Below are positions 45,678 to 47,099 of a DNA stretch of 47,099 nucleotides, piece by piece (the stretch's first letter is position 1; each line of letters opens with the position of its first letter). The notes below the pieces were generated by a model. It had not been told where the DNA came from, did not search any database, and was given only the letters and a program-made list of their open reading frames with translations. The position numbers were made by a program, and so were the translations under genes. The stretch comes from a virus (taxonomy: Duplodnaviria > Caudoviricetes), in IMG/VR virus record IMGVR_UViG_3300020393_000695, positions 1 through 47,099 of that record, one strand, 5' to 3'.

Positions 45678-45916
45678 TGTCTTTTCTTCTCCATTTTTCT
45701 TTTCTCAAGCACTATTTTAGCTTTTTGATTTATTTCCTCAACAGCTTGTTTAGTTTGCCAATATGCTTTGATGATGTGTCTGATATCATCATCTGCAGTT
45801 GAGTTGTAAGTTTCAAGAATATGAACATCAGATTCTTCCTCAGAAAGAAAATCAATTTCCCTCATAAGTTTGAGATATTTCTGCAACTGGATACCTGTAA
45901 ATTTTATTCCTGACAT
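45674..45916 (-). CDS. Hypothetical early protein
   Basis: Likely start MSGIKF after GGAGG. The ORF track extends it to 45964. Confidence 0.65.
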   Translation of the reverse strand: MSGIKFTGIQLQKYLKLMREIDFLSEEESDVHILETYNSTADDDIRHIIKAYWQTKQAVEEINQKAKIVLEKRKMEKKRQ

Positions 45917-46197
45917 TGTTCCCTCCCTGTTCTTTGAAGGTAAGGAGAAGTTTCTTTGTTCCATAAATCTTCTACCACTGTGTCAAAATCCCAAACAATT
46001 TCTTGCAAACTCTTAAGACTTGTAGTTATCCAACTCAACCTCATTAAGATTTTTTCTCTTTCGTTAGAATCTGCTGTTTTCAATGAAGTAAGAGTTTCAT
46101 TATCAATGGAATCATTCAACTCTTTAAGAATGGCAATTGAATCATAAAGTTCTTCCTCACACTTATCTAATTTTAAAAATACTTCTTTCTTGTTCAT
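45904..46197 (-). CDS. Hypothetical coiled-coil early protein
   Basis: AGGAGG SD. Confidence 0.7.
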   Translation of the reverse strand: MNKKEVFLKLDKCEEELYDSIAILKELNDSIDNETLTSLKTADSNEREKILMRLSWITTSLKSLQEIVWDFDTVVEDLWNKETSPYLQRTGREQCQE

Positions 46198-46211
46198 GTT
46201 TTTCCTCCTTA

Positions 46212-46559
46212 TTAAAAAGTTTTTTCTTTACCCACAATTGAAAGGTTTTCTTTTTGTTCGTGGTGTAAATCATAGTTGATACCTAAGTAATCCATAATAT
46301 CTGCTTTCAAACACCATAAGTTATAACCAGTTCTAGCACTTATCTCAATGTAGCCATAATGAAAACTTAGTGAAAAATATTTTTCTTGCACAAGGCGATA
46401 ACCCTCTGGACTGTTTTTATCAACTTTCACATTTGATCTCATTATCCAATATTCATCCCATGATCCATGTTTCCTTCTAATATCAAGACCATTAGATTTG
46501 AGAACCTCTAAGATTCTTTCTTCTGATAATAAAGTTTTGATTTTTTCTGTATGTTTCAC
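46212..46559 (-). CDS. Hypothetical early protein
   Basis: GTGA overlap with the upstream ORF. Confidence 0.65.
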   Translation of the reverse strand: MKHTEKIKTLLSEERILEVLKSNGLDIRRKHGSWDEYWIMRSNVKVDKNSPEGYRLVQEKYFSLSFHYGYIEISARTGYNLWCLKADIMDYLGINYDLHHEQKENLSIVGKEKTF

Positions 46560-46828
46560 GATTGCCCCTGTCTTGATTTTATGTACTCTTTTTTTTCATA
46601 TTCAAGAATTGCTTTGTAAATTCTATTGTCAATAATAGCTACTGCCTTTTCTAAAGAATCTACTCCACCACCGGTCAATATAGAATCATAGTTAGGCGAT
46701 ATCAAATCATGGAAGTGTTTATCTTCTATCTGATAAGGTGCTATGTAATAACCTTTATATTTATAAGACTTTAGCTTTTCAAACTTTTTTGTAGATTTGC
46801 TAAATATTATGTTTGTTTGTAATTTCAT
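46556..46828 (-). CDS. Hypothetical early protein
   Basis: AGGAG SD. Confidence 0.7.
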   Translation of the reverse strand: MKLQTNIIFSKSTKKFEKLKSYKYKGYYIAPYQIEDKHFHDLISPNYDSILTGGGVDSLEKAVAIIDNRIYKAILEYEKKEYIKSRQGQS

Positions 46829-46845
46829 TATTTTCTCCTTTTTTA

Positions 46846-47097
46846 TTAATTATTTTGAATAGTTACTACTATGTCACCTAAGTGATACTTTGAAGCAAAA
46901 GCACTGACTTTTGCGTAAGCACCTTCTAAAGTGTCAAAGCTTTGTTTGTAATCAGGTCTGAAACAACCGAAGTCATAAAGCTCTGCTCCAACAGGGGCAT
47001 CATAGATTTCTGCGTCAAAATCATTGAGTATCTCAATGCTTCGGATAGTAAGTTCAAATTTCTTTTGAACTTCTGTTATTTCATAAGTTATTTTCAT
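46846..47097 (-). CDS. Hypothetical early protein
   Basis: Its SD (GAGGTG) lies at window positions 11-16, across the circular junction. Confidence 0.7.
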   Translation of the reverse strand: MKITYEITEVQKKFELTIRSIEILNDFDAEIYDAPVGAELYDFGCFRPDYKQSFDTLEGAYAKVSAFASKYHLGDIVVTIQNN

Positions 47098-47099
47098 AT

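Larger units (their letters stand above)
1..47099. mobile_element. Complete or near-complete tailed phage genome (siphovirus-like, HK97-type head, GTA-related structural genes)
   Basis: Terminase, portal, protease, capsid, neck, tail tube, tape measure, tail tip and lysis genes are present in order. There is no sheath gene and no host housekeeping gene. The ends overlap by 7 nt (ttcatat). Confidence 0.95.

Overview
This window looks like a complete, circularly permuted, AT-rich tailed-phage genome of siphovirus type, probably infecting a marine Gram-negative host. The last 7 nt repeat the first 7 nt, and the gene at the right end has its ribosome-binding site at the left end. Layout: minus-strand early and recombination genes (ERF, PD-(D/E)XK nuclease, Ref-like nuclease); a Cro-like HTH, a replication initiator and a primase-helicase; a ParB/cupin/IbrA-like PP-loop/IbrB-like/SET block; an inverted amidoligase and gamma-glutamylcyclotransferase cassette; HK97/GTA-like head genes; a collagen-repeat fibre with an S74 chaperone and two 2OG-Fe(II) oxygenases; neck and tail genes; and a lysis region. 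The most striking element sits inside the lysis region (about 38.4-43.6 kb). It is a translationally coupled block of two paralogous small membrane proteins, CsgF-like, CsgG-like, curlin-repeat, FecR-domain and CHASE2 class III adenylate cyclase genes, and could be a phage-encoded curli-pore-to-cAMP trans-envelope signalling system. No integrase, DNA polymerase, tRNA or CRISPR array was seen. All family calls come from motif recognition by eye, not from database searches.
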